Below are positions 25,107 through 38,520 of a DNA stretch of 64,000 bases, piece by piece. This stretch comes from Octopus vulgaris (taxonomy: Eukaryota). The position numbers were made by a program, and so were the translations under genes. The stretch covers positions 12,338,001 through 12,402,000 of the forward strand of contig OX597841.1 in the NCBI GenBank assembly GCA_951406725.2, written 5' to 3'. The notes beneath the pieces are model-generated. The model was not told the DNA's origin and did no database searches. It was given only the letters and a program-made list of their open reading frames with translations. Numbering within the stretch: position 1 is the first letter of the stretch; each line of letters begins with the position of its first letter.

Positions 25107-26365
25107 ATCATCATCATCATTTAACGTCTGTTTTCTATGCTAGCATGGGTTGGACGGTTCAACCGGGGTCTGGTAAGCCATGGAGGCTGCACCAGGCTCT
25201 AGTCTGATTTGGCAGTGTTTCTACAGCTGGATGCCCTTCCTAACGCCAACCACTCTGAGAGTGTAGTGGGTGTTTTTTACGTGCCACCGGCACAGGAGCC
25301 AGAGCAGACTGGCAAACGGCAACGATTGGTTGGTGCTCTTACTGTTACCGACACGGATGCCAGTCAGGTGATGCTAGTATCTGCCACATTTGGATGGTGC
25401 TTTTTACGTGTTACCGGCACAGGTGTCTTAACTACAATTTCCATTTGAATTTTTAATTTGATATTGATGTTGATGTACTTGACTCAACAGGTCTCCTCAA
25501 GAACAGCGGGTCACTCTATGATCCAAGGTCAGCACAGCAGGCCGTCCTGCGAGCCATGAACTCATTTCTTCGAAGTCACAGCATATCTCCAGAGGTCTCG
25601 GTCTTTCGTCATAGCCACTGTGAGGCTCAAAGTACAAAGGTCATGCTTGACCACGTCGTCCCATGTCTTCTTGGGTCTACCTCTACCCCTGATTCCTTCA
25701 ACAGTTTGGGAGTGGCACTTCTTCACTCATCCATCCTTAGTACATGATCGTACCAACGCAATCGTCTCTCCTGCATGCTGCATCCAATGCTTCTTATGCC
25801 CAACATTTCTCTCAGACGCTTACACTCTGTCGTGCATGGACACTGACACTACACATCTAGCGGATCATGCTAGCTTCATTTCTTTCAAGCCTACGCATGT
25901 CTTCTGCAGTCACAGCCCATGTTTCACTGCCATGAAGCATGGCAGTTCACACACATGCATCGTACAATCTACCTTTCACTCTGAGCGAGAGACCCTTTGT
26001 CGCCAGTAGTGGGAGAAGCTTCCTAAACTTTGCCCAAGCTATTCTTATTCTAGTGGTAACGCTCTCTGAGCATCCACCCAGCTACTAACTTGGTCACCTT
26101 GGTAGCAGAAACTACCAACTACTTCTAGTTTCTCCCCAAGGAATGTGATGGAATCTGTTTTCTGAGTATCAGTGGTGTCTATTGCCCCTGTGCATCTGCT
26201 GCACACGAAAGCTATCTTCTTGGTTAATTTTCCTTTGATATTGCTGCACCTCTTATGTGTCCATAGCTTACACTGGGTACATCTTATGGAGTTTCTACCT
26301 ACACCTTTTCTACAGATCGAGCAGGGCCACCTACCTGAAGGGGTGTGTGGTGAGTTACTAGAACT
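25107..26365 (-). mobile_element. RTE-clade LINE 3' ~1.25 kb
   Basis: Inverted, frameshifted homologue of 7511-8478 extending further 5'; (CAT)n at 25107. Confidence 0.85.
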
Positions 26366-27129
26366 TTGGTCTTTGCTACATTGACTCTAAGGCCTTTTGA
26401 TTCTAAACCTAGCTATGCATTTATATATATATATTATCTGCACAGCTCGGTATTATCATTCATGTGTTGGCTGGGATCCTTCCTGTGGCCATCCCTTACT
26501 TGTTTTATAAGGGATTGTTTGTCAATGGCATGGGTTTTTGAAAGTATAGAGCAATGGTTTGTGATGTCAACAAGGAATGTAAATATTATCATACTGTTTC
26601 ACTTGTCAGTGACAAACGGAAGCCGTAGAATGTGAACTCACACACACACACACACACAGTAGACTTCCATACCCTTTCACAAGACATTGGTTAACCTGGG
26701 CCTGTCATGGAAGAGACCCAAGGTGCTGTGCAATGGGATTGAACCTGAAGTTGTCTGGCTGCAATGTGAATTTAATGGCAGTCACTTGTACATAGATCAT
26801 CCTCATCATTGTTTAATGTCCACTCTCCATTGCTGGCTTGGGTTGGACGGTTTGACATACAGCTTTCTGGACTCCGACTGTCTGTTGTGGCATGATTTCT
26901 ATGGCCGGATGCCCTTTCTGGTGCCGACCATTTAATAGAATGTGCTGGGAGCTTTTCATGTAGCATTGGCTCAGGTGCCTTTAGTGCACCACCAGCATAG
27001 GTGCCTTTTAAGTGGCACCTTTAAGGACAAACCTGTATATGTGGAAGAGAGTGATTTTATTTAGCTTGATGTGTCTTATCAAGTGCAGTAAATCGCTACA
27101 TCACCCAGTCTCTTGTCATTTCCTCTGTG

Positions 27130-27177
<48 letters not shown>

Positions 27178-27178
<1 letters not shown>

Positions 27179-27569
27179 GAGCAAAACGCCCTTCCCCCGT
27201 CCAATGGACGGTGCTGAGTTGTCAAACATTTAAACCAAATTTTCTCAAAACAACTTGTCCGACTGTTTCATTTTGTGGCATTATTTCAAGCCAGCCGACT
27301 TCTTTTTGCGCAAACTGCACGTGGATTTTTCTCGCGTACGCATGGTGTTGATCGCAACAGCTGATGTACTTGCGTGTACAAATGCATGTTCCCACGGCTT
27401 TATCAATTGCATTCTCACCTAGAATCGATTTTTGTAATTATTTTAAGACTTATACATGCCCTGATACCATTGGTATCTACATATCAAATTTGAGCGCAGT
27501 CGGATGGAGGATGCCCGAGATCCTAGAAGACACATACACAGACAGACCGAACGGATTTTATATAATAGA
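27178..27569 (-). mobile_element. Complete non-autonomous Helitron (~390 bp)
   Basis: Minus strand A|TCTATTATATAAAA 5' end, subterminal hairpin CCGTCCATTGGACGG (27197-27211), CTCG|T 3' end, no TSD. Confidence 0.7.
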
Positions 27570-28450
27570 TACACACACACACACATGTATATCAGATGTG
27601 ACTCCAGTACTCAGGCTGTTCGGGCTTAGCCTGAGTATAAATTTAATAAATAAAGTGAGCATGTATTTGCAAGCTGGTTTAATTTCTGCCAACACTGACT
27701 TCAAGTATGTAATTGCAAGCTGATAACTCAGGCTCCTTTTATTGAGTCTGATTGCCGTTTATTTATTTTTGTTCAGTGTCTGATGGTCATCTTAGAGGTG
27801 CCCTGTATCAGAAAACATCATTCATAGCAGACGTTCCTTCGACATCGTTCACACTTGCCTGACTTGGGCTCAGAAGTTACAGCCTGAGTTGTTATCTATA
27901 ATCGTGAAAATTAAAAGGAATCCAAATTCAATGTTTTCTTGAAATGATAAGTTTCTGTAGAGATTAAGATTTAAATTCCAATCTATGAGAAGTTTCCTTT
28001 CTACAATATTCTTAAAGGAATGAAAACTTATCCAGCAACTCGGGCTGATAGGAATGAGCCTGGTAGGGGTAAAAGACTAACTGGCATCTCTTGTCAAGAG
28101 TAGAGGTGACAGTCAGATCACTGATGTTTGCTGCACACACCGCTGCTGTTATTCTGTGCATCTGTGTGTAAAGATCAGTTGTGTTTTGCAGGGTTGCTTT
28201 ATTTTTGCCCTTAACTTAAAAAGGGAGAAAGACATAGTGCAAGATATAAAAAAATAAGCCATTTGGAGCTAGAAATATTGTGGGAAACGTGAGGCATTCT
28301 TACTGTTAAATTATCTGTGCATATGTAAGTCTGCAGTGTTCATTACATCTCTTAGCTTCTTTTATAGCTTATGCGAAATCTGTGGTAGGCCTGAGTGACA
28401 TTGATGACCTGGAGTCGCCTCTAATATCTCTCTCTCTCTCTCTCTCTGTG

Positions 28451-28483
<33 letters not shown>

Positions 28484-30466
28484 GTGTGTGTGTTTTTGTG
28501 TCTGTAGTTTGTCCTCCATCGTTGCTTGACAACTGATGCTGGTGTTTTTATCTCCCTGTAACTTAGCAGTTCGATATAAGAAATTAATAGCATAAGTGCT
28601 AGGTTTTAAGAAAATAAGTTCTGGGGTCAATTTGTTTGACTAAAATTCTTCAAAGTGGTGCCCCAGCATGGCCACAATCTAATGACTGAAATAAGTTATA
28701 TACATTATTACGTGTCCTTTCCTAGTTGTAGGATGTGAATTTGCAGTGATTTGGCTGCTATTTCTAGCATATTGAGCTACTGTATTGAGAAGGTTATTGG
28801 ATGGAGTTACACGCTTGCTTGAACCCACAAACACTGGGCAATGAACTGATGTTGCTGCACTTTAGGGTCCCAGCTGTCTTTTGTTTACATCCTTACTCTC
28901 TGCGGTCCCTTTGTTTCTCAGCTAGGAAGTAGTCCCTTTTTCTACATCCTTAACTCCTTTTCCTTCTCCCTTTGTCTCTCAAATCTGCTTTATTCTCTGG
29001 ACCCTTCCTCCTTTTACTTTTGGCCCCAGCTGTTTGCTTTGTGTAGACTTCTTATTTAACCATAGGTCAATCCTGATCCAAAAGATTTATGATCGAAGAC
29101 GTCCCAGCCGTGACCATCCCATCTTTTAATCAGACATAAGTGTATCTAAGACTATATTATCTAATGTGCACTTCCTTCTTGTTTAGCCCTAGGTCAGTCC
29201 TGATCTAACAAACCTATGATGATTTTCCAGCCATGACCTTCCCTTCTTTTGTTAAACTCTTGGACTCCTTGATCTTTAGCTGGTCACATGACTACATTAA
29301 GGGTTAGTGTGTTGGTGTCTGATCATGTGGAATTGTGCATGACTTTTGGATGTTGTAGGGTCAAATGCTGTCTTTTACCACTGCACTATTTGAATCCTTG
29401 TAGTGACCACCACCATGAAATGTCTCCATTGTGTGATGAACACCCAAGTTGTTCCATTGTTCCACTCAGTCCCAACACCTGGCATATTACCACCACCACC
29501 ACTGCTACTATTACTACTGATGCTCTGGGTCTTCTCTCTAATCTGTGAGGATTATCTTAATCTGGGCCTCTATTGTTCTCAGCTACTTTCACTTTCTTTA
29601 TCCCTCCCCCCTTTTAGGGTATTTATTGTTATTAGGGGTTATGTGTTGGCAAACGACTGTAGAAATCCTATCAGAGTTTCTGGGGTCATAAAAATATCAA
29701 GTAGTGGGGAGTAGGGGGCTGTAGTGTTTTACTCAAAATCATCAAACTTAACCCCTTAGTTTAGTGTACCACTGACTCCAACCCCTTAATTACTAATTAG
29801 CGATTAGACTAATCACATTTTTCTTATATTAGTTGAAAGCTCACAACATACAAGGTCAATGCAAATGGTGATCAAACCACTTGGTAACACCCTAACCCCT
29901 TTAAAACTTAGCTTCAAAGGCTACAGCTGTGTTGTGGTGGGATTTTTATTATTTTAAACCCTTTTGTTAGCATATTTCTGCTGAAATATGATGCCCTTGT
30001 TTTAATTAATTTTGAAAGTAATGAAGAAATTAGTAAATTCATTCTTCTGGGGTCAGTAAAATAGAGCCCTTGTAATGTACTGGGATCAATCTAATTGATT
30101 GTTCCTTCCTCCCGCAATTTTGATTTTCTGCTTATGCAAGTGCGACCAGGTGAGACTGATCAAGATGTGTGCAAAGTGAAGAAGAGACTGTTACACATGG
30201 CTGTGCAGAGGCTGAGCATTGCTGACTTGTGGTGTTATGGCAAACATAATATGTAGGATGGACCTGGCTATTGGTTGAGTCCATTGTGTGCACTGTTCCA
30301 CAAGATGGACCTGGCTGTTGGTCTAGTCCATTGTGTGGATTGTTCCACCATCCATCTTCTTACGGGTGGGGAATATAGTAGGAACAAATGCTGCAAGGCA
30401 GGAGATCCAACTTAACATTTCATCAGTTCAATGCCCTGTTTGGGTATTTCATTTATTACCCCTTAA

Positions 30467-30686
30467 CCCTTTTGTTACTAACCCGGCCAAAACCGGCTCT
30501 GGCTCTGTGGTAAAATGTCTTGTTTTCATAAGTTCTGAATTAAAATCTTCCACCATTCCTTAGTCACAATTTATGTTCCAAACAATAGCTTAATGATAAT
30601 TAAGTTATTTTACTAAATTCTTTGTTATATTTAAAATGATTGAAAGAAACACAGAGCATCTCAATAGAAATACGGTAATGAAAGGG
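30467..30686. mobile_element. piggyBac-type MITE
   Basis: TTAA|CCCTTTTGTTAC...GTAATGAAAGGG|TTAA: TTAA TSD and CCC-starting TIRs. Confidence 0.8.
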
Positions 30687-31564
30687 TTAAGGGATAAAAG
30701 GCCAAGTTGACTGAATTTGAACTCAGAGCACAGAGGGTTGTAACAAAATCCTCAAAGTTTTCTGTCCAACACCCTAATAACTCTGTTGACCTGTCATTGG
30801 GCAGCAGAGACAGAAAAACAACTTCTTCCGGCCTTTAACTTGTCCCAAGCCACCCCTTTATGTTTAATCAGTGTAGGGTACTGGTCCTTCACTGTGTGAG
30901 TCAGCTACCTCACTTTTGTAGTCCTTTAACTGCAGCACAGACATTCCAACCATGACCAGCCTGTTTGGGTCAGATAATATATCGAGGACTATAAGAGTCC
31001 TGTCTGTCTTTCCTTCTTTTTAAAATGGTCGACCTAGCTGCTATTTCTGTAACCACAATGAAGGTAAATAAGGAAGGTAATATTTTCACCCCAGTCTGAA
31101 CATGTTTTTATGAAACGCTGCCCACACCCTACACTGCTTGTATGACAGGGATGTTTGTCTACAGTTAATATGCAAAAATCAAAACAAGGAAATGGGAAAA
31201 GGTGCAGACACACGTCCTGCATAGACCTGTGTTGAACATCCATCCACCGATGTATCTACCATCATCAGTATCATTGTTCAATGTCCACCTCTCCAGGGAT
31301 TAGATGGAACTTGTCAAGGCAGACTTTCTGAGGCTGGATGGCCCCTAGTTGTAAACCCTCACAAATATAGAAAAGGAACAGGTGTGGCCATGTAGTTGAG
31401 GAGTTTGTTTCTCAATCACAGCGTTTCAGGTTAAGTCTCACTGTGTAGCACCTTGAGCAAATATCTTCTACCATGCCCTCAGGTTGATGAGTCTTGCAAG
31501 TAGAATTTGGTTAACAGAAACTGGAAGAAGCCCATTATATATATATAATAATATAATATAATGA

Positions 31565-31975
31565 AATTATTGTATACAGTGCTCAGGTGCACCACAACTT
31601 GTCAGAGTATATGCAGTAATGTACAAATGTCTGGAAAGCGAACAATGCATGAGTCAGATACATGCTTGTGTGTGTATGGAGGGGAGAAAATCAGGTGTAG
31701 TGTTGGCGAATCTCAGAAAGCATGGAAGTTTTGAAGGATGCAGTGCTCCGACAACTAACAACTGATGCCGGCAGTTTGTTCCATGCTTCAGCAACTCTTG
31801 GCGTGAAAAAATGTTTCTGAAAGTCATAGGAGCTGTGCTGTTTTCTGACTTTGTAAATATGTCCGTGGGTGTGAGACGGGTGGAGTTTGAAAAAGTGCTC
31901 AGAGTCATTGTTTCTACGATGGTTGATAATTTTATGGGTGTCTGCCAAGTCAGCTGCCAGACGTCGGAGTTTCAA
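31565..31975 (-). mobile_element. CR1/L2-like LINE 3' fragment
   Basis: ORF 31691-31990 LKLRRLAADL..KVRKQHSS..WNKLP; same family as 6090 and 18695. Confidence 0.85.
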
Positions 31976-32596
31976 TATCATCATCATCATTTAATGTCTG
32001 TTGTTCATGCTGGCATGCATTGGATGGTGTGACCAGGGCTGGCATGCTAGAGAGCTGCACCAGGTTCCGGTCTGGTATGGCATGGTTTCTATGGCCGGGT
32101 GCCTTTACAGAGTGTGCTGGGTGCTTTTTTGTGATGCCACACAGGCCCTTGTACATGTCGCTGTCAGGTGCTTTTATGTGGCACCACCTCGAATGCTTTA
32201 CACAACCAGAAGGATTGGTCTTAACACTTTCGCTGCAGGGCACAGATTTTGAGTATGGCCAGGTATCTCGGTCCTTTGTCATACACACACACATGTATTT
32301 GTGTATGTGTGTGTGTGTGTGTGTGTTTATACCCCTGTCTTGACATCAAGTGATAGTTGTAAACAAATGTCACTGTTATAGAAATGGTGTTATTTTCATT
32401 GTTCCATGAAAAATCTCTTAAGGCCACGAGGGAATATTGCCTTGCTTGGTCAAACAGTTGAGGAGGGTTGGTGACAGCATCCAGCCATAACAAATCTGCC
32501 TCTACAAATTCCCTCTGACCCATACAAGTGTAGGAAAATGGACATGAAATGATGATTGGTTATATATACACACACACACACACACATACATAGGAT

Positions 32597-32980
32597 GTAG
32601 GTGTGGCTGTGTGGTAAGAAGCTTGCTTTTCAACCACGTGGTTTGGGGTTCAGTCCCACTGCATAGCACCCTGGGCAAGTGTCTTCTACTATAGCCTCGG
32701 GCCGACCAAAGCTTTGTGAGTGGATTTGGCAAATGGAAACTGAAAGAAGCCCATATATGGTGGTGGATATATATATATATATCCACCACCACTACCATTT
32801 GACTACCGGTGTTAGTGTGTTTACGTTCATGTGACTTAGCAGTTCAACAAGAGAGAATGATAGAATAAGTACCAGGCTTATAAAAAGTAAAAGTGCTGGG
32901 GTTGATTCATTCAACTAAAATTTTAAGGTGGTGCTCCAGCATGGCTGCAGTTAAACGACTGGAGCAGAAAGTAAAAGAAA
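32597..32980 (+). mobile_element. SINE family A (diverged)
   Basis: GTGGCTGTGTGGTAAG..GGTTCAGTCCCAC..GGTGCTCCAGCATGG. Confidence 0.8.
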
Positions 32981-34997
32981 AGATCCACACACAGAATGGG
33001 CTGCTTTTCAGTGTTTTGTCTGCCTGATTCTCTCACCAGACTTTGGTCAGCTTGGAGCTATTATTCAAGCCACTTGCTCTGAGAGTCCCACAGTGGGACT
33101 AAATCCAAGGGTTCCAACCAAAGCCATCCCATCTTTTTACACGTTCACAACTATATTCTTCAACATATCCTTTTTTTTTTTTGTTTTTTTAAGGCTGTGA
33201 TTTCTGGTTGTTGTTTATTCTCTGTTGAGGTTTAATTTGTCTTTCAGCCCTTCTGGTGGGGTCTGGGAACAAAAACACCAATTGAGGCAGGGTCGAAGGC
33301 ATTGGACAAAATCTTGTGTTGTAGTTGTTCCAGCTCTTTAAATTCTGGGTTTCCTGTCTAATGTGGAAAATTTGTCTATGTTCAGCTGCTAAAATGTCAT
33401 TTTATAAGACATTCCTCGAGTGAGGTCATTGCCAGTACCGACTGACTGGCCCCCGTGCTGTGGCACGTAAAAGGGCACCATTTGAGCATGATCGTTACCA
33501 CCGTCGCTTCACTGGCACCTGTGCCGGTGGCATGTGTAAAAAGATTCGAGCGAGGTCATTGCCAGTGCCGCCTGGCTGGCCCCCGTGCTGGTGGCACGTA
33601 AAAGCACCCACTACACTCTTGGAGTGGTTGGCGTTAGGAAGGGCATCCAGCTGTAGAAACTCTGCCAGATCAAGATTGGAGCCTGGTGCAGCCATCTGGT
33701 TTGCCAACCCTCAGCCAAAATCGTCCAACCCATGCTAGCATGGAAAGCGGACGTTAAACAATGATGATGATGATGAGGATTCCTGAAGACAGACTCTGGC
33801 AAACCTTGTAAATTCCATGAACAGCTGCTCTTAGCCCTGAATCCTACTCAGAGGTTTAGAATGTTATTAAAGCTGGTTTGTCAATCTGATGGTACAGGAA
33901 CGAAGATAGAAAAAAGGCAATGATTTCAAAGAATTTGGTTGCTATTTCCAGCATGTCTGATGTTGGATATAGGTGTTGATGTTACGTTGTGGCTTTCAAA
34001 CCCTGCTGATGTCTGCTCTTCCTTTTGTCGTTCTGTGGTTGATAAAGTATCAAAATTTAGGGAGCAATTATCTCTGTTGGCAACAAAAGGTCTCTCTGTC
34101 TCTCTCCATCTCCCTGAGAGTGAAGGGCAGCTTGTGTAATGCATGTGTATGAACAGCTCTGCTACATGGCAGTGAAGCATGAGCCATGAATGCAGAGGAT
34201 ATGCAAAGACTAGTCAGGAAGGAAGCTCTGCTGGATGTGCAGTGTTTGCCTTCGTTTATGACAGTGCAAAATGTGTTGAGAGAAGAACTCTGTGCTTAAG
34301 AGGTTTTAGATGTAGTGTGAGAGAGGGGACTGCATTGGTATGGAGATAGGTGGCGGACATGTGCATAAAGAAGAGCTAATCGCCAAACATGGATGGAACG
34401 TGTAGAAGGGAGAGATCCAGGAAAATGGACGACAAAGTAGTGAAACCTGACTTTGAGATTTTGGGTCTCAAGAAGAAGATGAAAAAGGATCAAGGTGAAT
34501 GATGATTTGTAGTGCCTAAGAAGACCTGTTCACCTCAGCAGTCCTAAAAACTCCCTAATCTGCATCTCTCAAGTCTTCCCTGCAACTTATTTTGATTACA
34601 GCCATCCTCCACTCACCCCTTCTGACGATGACACTATTTCCTCAGCTGCTGTATTCATATGAGAGCAGAATTGTACATATTCCTTCCCCCTTTTTTTGTA
34701 TTACCTCTCATCCCTTTCCTAGAAACTGCTCCCCTTGCTACCCCTCCCTCACTCCCAACACTGTCCTTTATCACTGGAGTGTGGGGCAAATCCCACCATG
34801 GCCTCCTACCAGGGTAACACCATCTTATTCATGGGTGCCAAGTGAGAAGAGGTCCACACTTTTTGCAAGTTTTCTGCTCAGGTCCCCTGTTTGGTGATAC
34901 TGGCATCTCTTGGAGACCCTATGTGAGGGGATGATGGTCACTGTCCCTCTCCCTTTCTTCATTATAAACAGAGCAAACCAATGTGTGGGTGGGTGCT

Positions 34998-35360
34998 GGC
35001 GTGGCTGGGGTAAGAAGTTTGCTTCCCAACCAAATGGTTCCAGGTTCAGTCCCACTGTGTGGCCCCTTGGGCAAATGCATTGGGCTGACTAAAATCTTGT
35101 GGGTGGATTTGGTAGATGGAAACTGAAAGAAGCCTTTCATATATATATCTGTGTGTATGTATCTTTGTCCCCAATCACCACTTGACAACTAGTGTTGGTG
35201 TGTTTACATCCCTGTAACTTAGTGGTTCAGCAAAAGAGACCAATAAAATATGTACCAGGCTTAAAAGTAATAAATACTGGGGTCAATTGGTTTGGTTAAA
35301 ATTCTTCAAGGTGGTGCCCCAGCATGGTCACAACCTAATGAACTGAAACAAGTTAAAGAA
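34998..35360 (+). mobile_element. SINE family A (diverged)
   Basis: Same head and tail motifs; ends ~60 bp before the FZR1 acceptor. Confidence 0.75.
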
Positions 35361-35457
35361 GAAAGAAAAGATGTGTGTGTGTATATATATATTTATATAC
35401 GTATACTTTTTTTTTCAGTGTTTATTTCAAGTGCCGGTGCCCTTAAAGACCCAGAAT

Positions 35458-35523
35458 ATGGACCCTGAATATGAGAAACGTCTTTTACGACAACAAAATG
35501 GACAGAACTCACCATATTCATCT
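35458..35523 (+). CDS. FZR1: FZR1/Cdh1 coding exon 1
   Basis: MDPEYEKRLLRQQNGQNSPYSS (cf. vertebrate MDQDYERRLLRQ); acceptor at 35418, donor gtaagt at 35524. Confidence 0.93.
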
Positions 35524-35784
35524 GTAAGTATCTCATTTCTTATTAGTGTGTATATATATATATATAAAGTTAGGTATTGAAATATGTTGTCTCTTCTTGT
35601 CTTCCTGATTACTAACCTTGTTCACGATTTCCATCTGGTTACATTCAATTGAAGAATTAGATTTTTCTGTTATATATATATGGACACACACACACATATA
35701 TGTATATTAATATAAATACATGAAAGTACATGAAGTTTGTTAAAAAAAAAAGGGGATCGTGTATATACCTCCTGGCTGTTGAGA

Positions 35785-36570
35785 TTATAACACCTCGTTG
35801 TAAACAATGTTCCTTGTTTTTCCTTGTGGAGCAAATACAAAAAGGTTTCTTTTGGTTCCTACTCTTGAGCAGCCAACATACAGTTGCCCATGCGAGAAGC
35901 AGGACTCTTCCAAGAGAAGACCAGCTACAGAGAGGGTTTGACCCTGAGATTTGTTAATGGACATGGCAAAGCTGACACAAAGGGGGAATTGCAGTCTTCT
36001 GAATGTAAATGGAATTTCTGCTCCTGATGGAGTAAGAGGAATTCTTGGAATAAAGACGTCATCACCTTTTCCACATCCAGAAAGAATGATCGCCTCGATA
36101 ACTTGTGACCTCATTTTCTTTATCACCAGTCGTGTTCCATTGCAAAGTCTTGGTGGTTCCTGATTGCGGAGTAGCATTACAGGAGTTCCAACTTTAAGTG
36201 GTAATATGTGTGGAGGTAGTCGAGGAGGCTCCAGTGAATTGAGAAATTCAGGAGGATAGTTCACAACTTCATTTATATCTGGAATTGTATCAACAGACTT
36301 GTAAGTGTGTATAGTGCCAGGAAGAGAATGCATTAGCTGTTGATTAATTTTGTTAACAGCGACGTTTTTTGGAGCTAATATTGCTCTTTCACACAGCCAA
36401 TTGTGATTTTGGTAGTTTTGTGTTAAGTTGGGAAAGACTTTGTATTTGAGGTCATCTACAGAATTAACAACAGAGGAAAATGACCACACTTCCATTTGTC
36501 CTGCAGCATCGAGAGACATCTTGCCTTCACCAAGTATCAAAATGTCCTGTGCAAACTTTGTGGCTGTGTG
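35785..36570 (-). mobile_element. Helitron RepHel fragment (PIF1-family helicase C-terminal half) in an FZR1 intron
   Basis: 251-aa ORF with RAILAPKN, LKVGTPVMLLRN, LCNGTRL, IPRI, FAMSINKSQGQT, FSHGQLYVGCSRV, TRNIVYNEVL*. Confidence 0.9.
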
Positions 36571-36652
36571 CTAGAGAAAACTGTCCGATGAACGGCAACG
36601 GGAAACTCAGAGTAACAGGTTTTGTTGAATTTTCTGCTGCTTTAAATAAAGA
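36570..36652 (+). mobile_element. Penelope-like fragment with hammerhead-like motif and AATAAA
   Basis: CTGT CCGATGA ACGGCAACGG GAAAC TCAGA GTA ACAG ... AAATAAA; homologous to 55630-55712. Confidence 0.6.
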
Positions 36653-36668
36653 ATATATTTATATATAT

Positions 36669-36830
36669 AGGCACAGGAGTGGCTGTGTGGTAAGTAGCTT
36701 GTTTACCAACCACATGATTCCGGGTTCAGTCCCACTGCATGGCACCTTGGGCAAGTGTCTTCTACTATAGCCTCGGGCCGACCAAAGCCTTATGAGTGGA
36801 TTTGGTAGACGGAAACTGAAAGAGGCCTGT

Positions 36831-36863
<33 letters not shown>

Positions 36864-37086
36864 GTATGCATGTGTGTGTTTGTGTGTCTGTGTTTGTCCC
36901 CCTAGCATTGCTTGACAACCGATGCTGGTGTGTTTATGTCCCCGTTACTTAGCGGTTCGGCAAAAAAGTCCGATAGAATAAGTACTGGGCTTACAAAAGA
37001 ATAAGTCCTGGGGTCGAGTTGCTCGATTAAAGGCGGTGCTCCAGCATGGCCGCAGTCAAACGACTGAAACAAGTAAAAGAGTAAAG
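36669..37086 (+). mobile_element. SINE family A, full length
   Basis: GGCACAGGAGTGGCTGTGTGGTAAG..GGTTCAGTCCC..CAAGTAAAAGAGTAAAG. Confidence 0.9.
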
Positions 37087-37224
37087 ATATATACACACAC
37101 ACACACACACACATGTATATGTATGTATAGCTTAATGATGATATGAATATATACCTTGATGATGTGTGTCTCTTATTTGACCCCATCTCTAACCAAACCA
37201 ATATTTCTTCTTCTCTTTTTCCAG

Positions 37225-37335
37225 CCAATTCCAGGAAGCAGCCCAGCAGCTTCACCAAGTAAAGAGAAATATGGAGACCGTTTCATTCCCAGCCGAGCCG
37301 GTTCCAATTGGATTGTTAACTTCAATATGATTCAG
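37225..37335 (+). CDS. FZR1: FZR1 coding exon 2 (C-box)
   Basis: PIPGSSPAASPSKEKYGDRFIPSRAGSNWIVNFNMIQ containing C-box DRFIPSR; ag|...|gtgaac. Confidence 0.96.
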
Positions 37336-38520
37336 GTGAACACTTATTGTTATTGCTTTATAATTTAACACCACCTCCAACCCTGGTCCTCTCACTCCCC
37401 CTGTCCTGTTACACCACCCTCTGGTCACTGGGTGACTGGCTTTTCACACCACCCCTGCTTTATCCCGAAGTGTCTTTAGTGGTGGTCACCATGCTATTGT
37501 TGCATCACTCACCCACTGCCCATGATTTTTTCTTGCAACTGGTCCCAGATAGTCCTTAATTTCAGCAGGGTGTACTTTACAACATCACCACTCCCTGGAC
37601 GCTAGGTCTTATACCATCATTTGGTCCCTGTGTGGTTTGTCAAACACACCACCGCCTGATCCTTGCGTGGTGACCTGCCCTCCACCACCACCACCACCAT
37701 CACCATGTGGTCCTTGGGTGTCTATAGTGGTGAGCACTCCCTACCAAGTACTTGAACCAGGAACCTGCTATTCTCAACCCCCATCAGTCTCCTACTGACC
37801 CTTAAATTTATAAATACCCATAAGGTCCACTAGGTTTAGTGGAAAACTTTCAAATAACAGAAACAAGTTGATAATTAAACTTTGATGACCGCACACGCAC
37901 GCACACACACTGAGCAACCTTATGACCCTAGCCCTTGTGCATATTGTGTGTTTGTATGTTTGGATGTCTGTACTCGTCTGTGTGTATTTGTGTACAAGCG
38001 TGTTTATGCATGCCCATGTGTCTATATACGTGTACATGAGTCTGTGTGTGTGTCCATGTCCAATCCATTGTAAACTAGAAACCAAACAACAGCACAAGGC
38101 CTCGTGGATCAGGTGTTGTGGGTGAGGTACTGCCATGATTCCGTGTTCTTGAGTTCACTTCCTAACTTGGGTTAGGTGTTGTTTCCTTGAGCAAGACACT
38201 TCGTTTCACATCGCTCCAGTCTACTCAGCTGTGAATGTGTACAGACATAGCACAGCTCTCTCTGTCTTTCTCACCCCGCCCCCTCCTGTTGTCAGCATCT
38301 CTGATGTGCCTCTGAGTCAAAGGTCAGTATGTTGGAAGAGTGTTTGCCTGCTCCCAACTACATAGGGATCTACAGCAGCCAGGGAGAGCGTGGTGCATGT
38401 CCTCAGGTCCTTCTTAAATCTCAGTGATTGCGCTAATTAATAAAACTAACAGTGTGTTTGTATGTCGTTAACCCTGCAATTGCCTGAGTGTGTGTAGTTG
38501 ACCCTGCCATATTTGTTTTG

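Noticed and set aside
27605-27890. ACTCAGGCTGT...ACAGCCTGAGT as MITE TIRs
   Set aside because: Only 11 bp, the word recurs internally, and there is no clear TSD.
35785-36540. Host PIF1 helicase gene nested in FZR1
   Set aside because: Intronless, truncated, and ends in the Helitron-type T-x-NIVY-x-EVL; better explained as a transposon.
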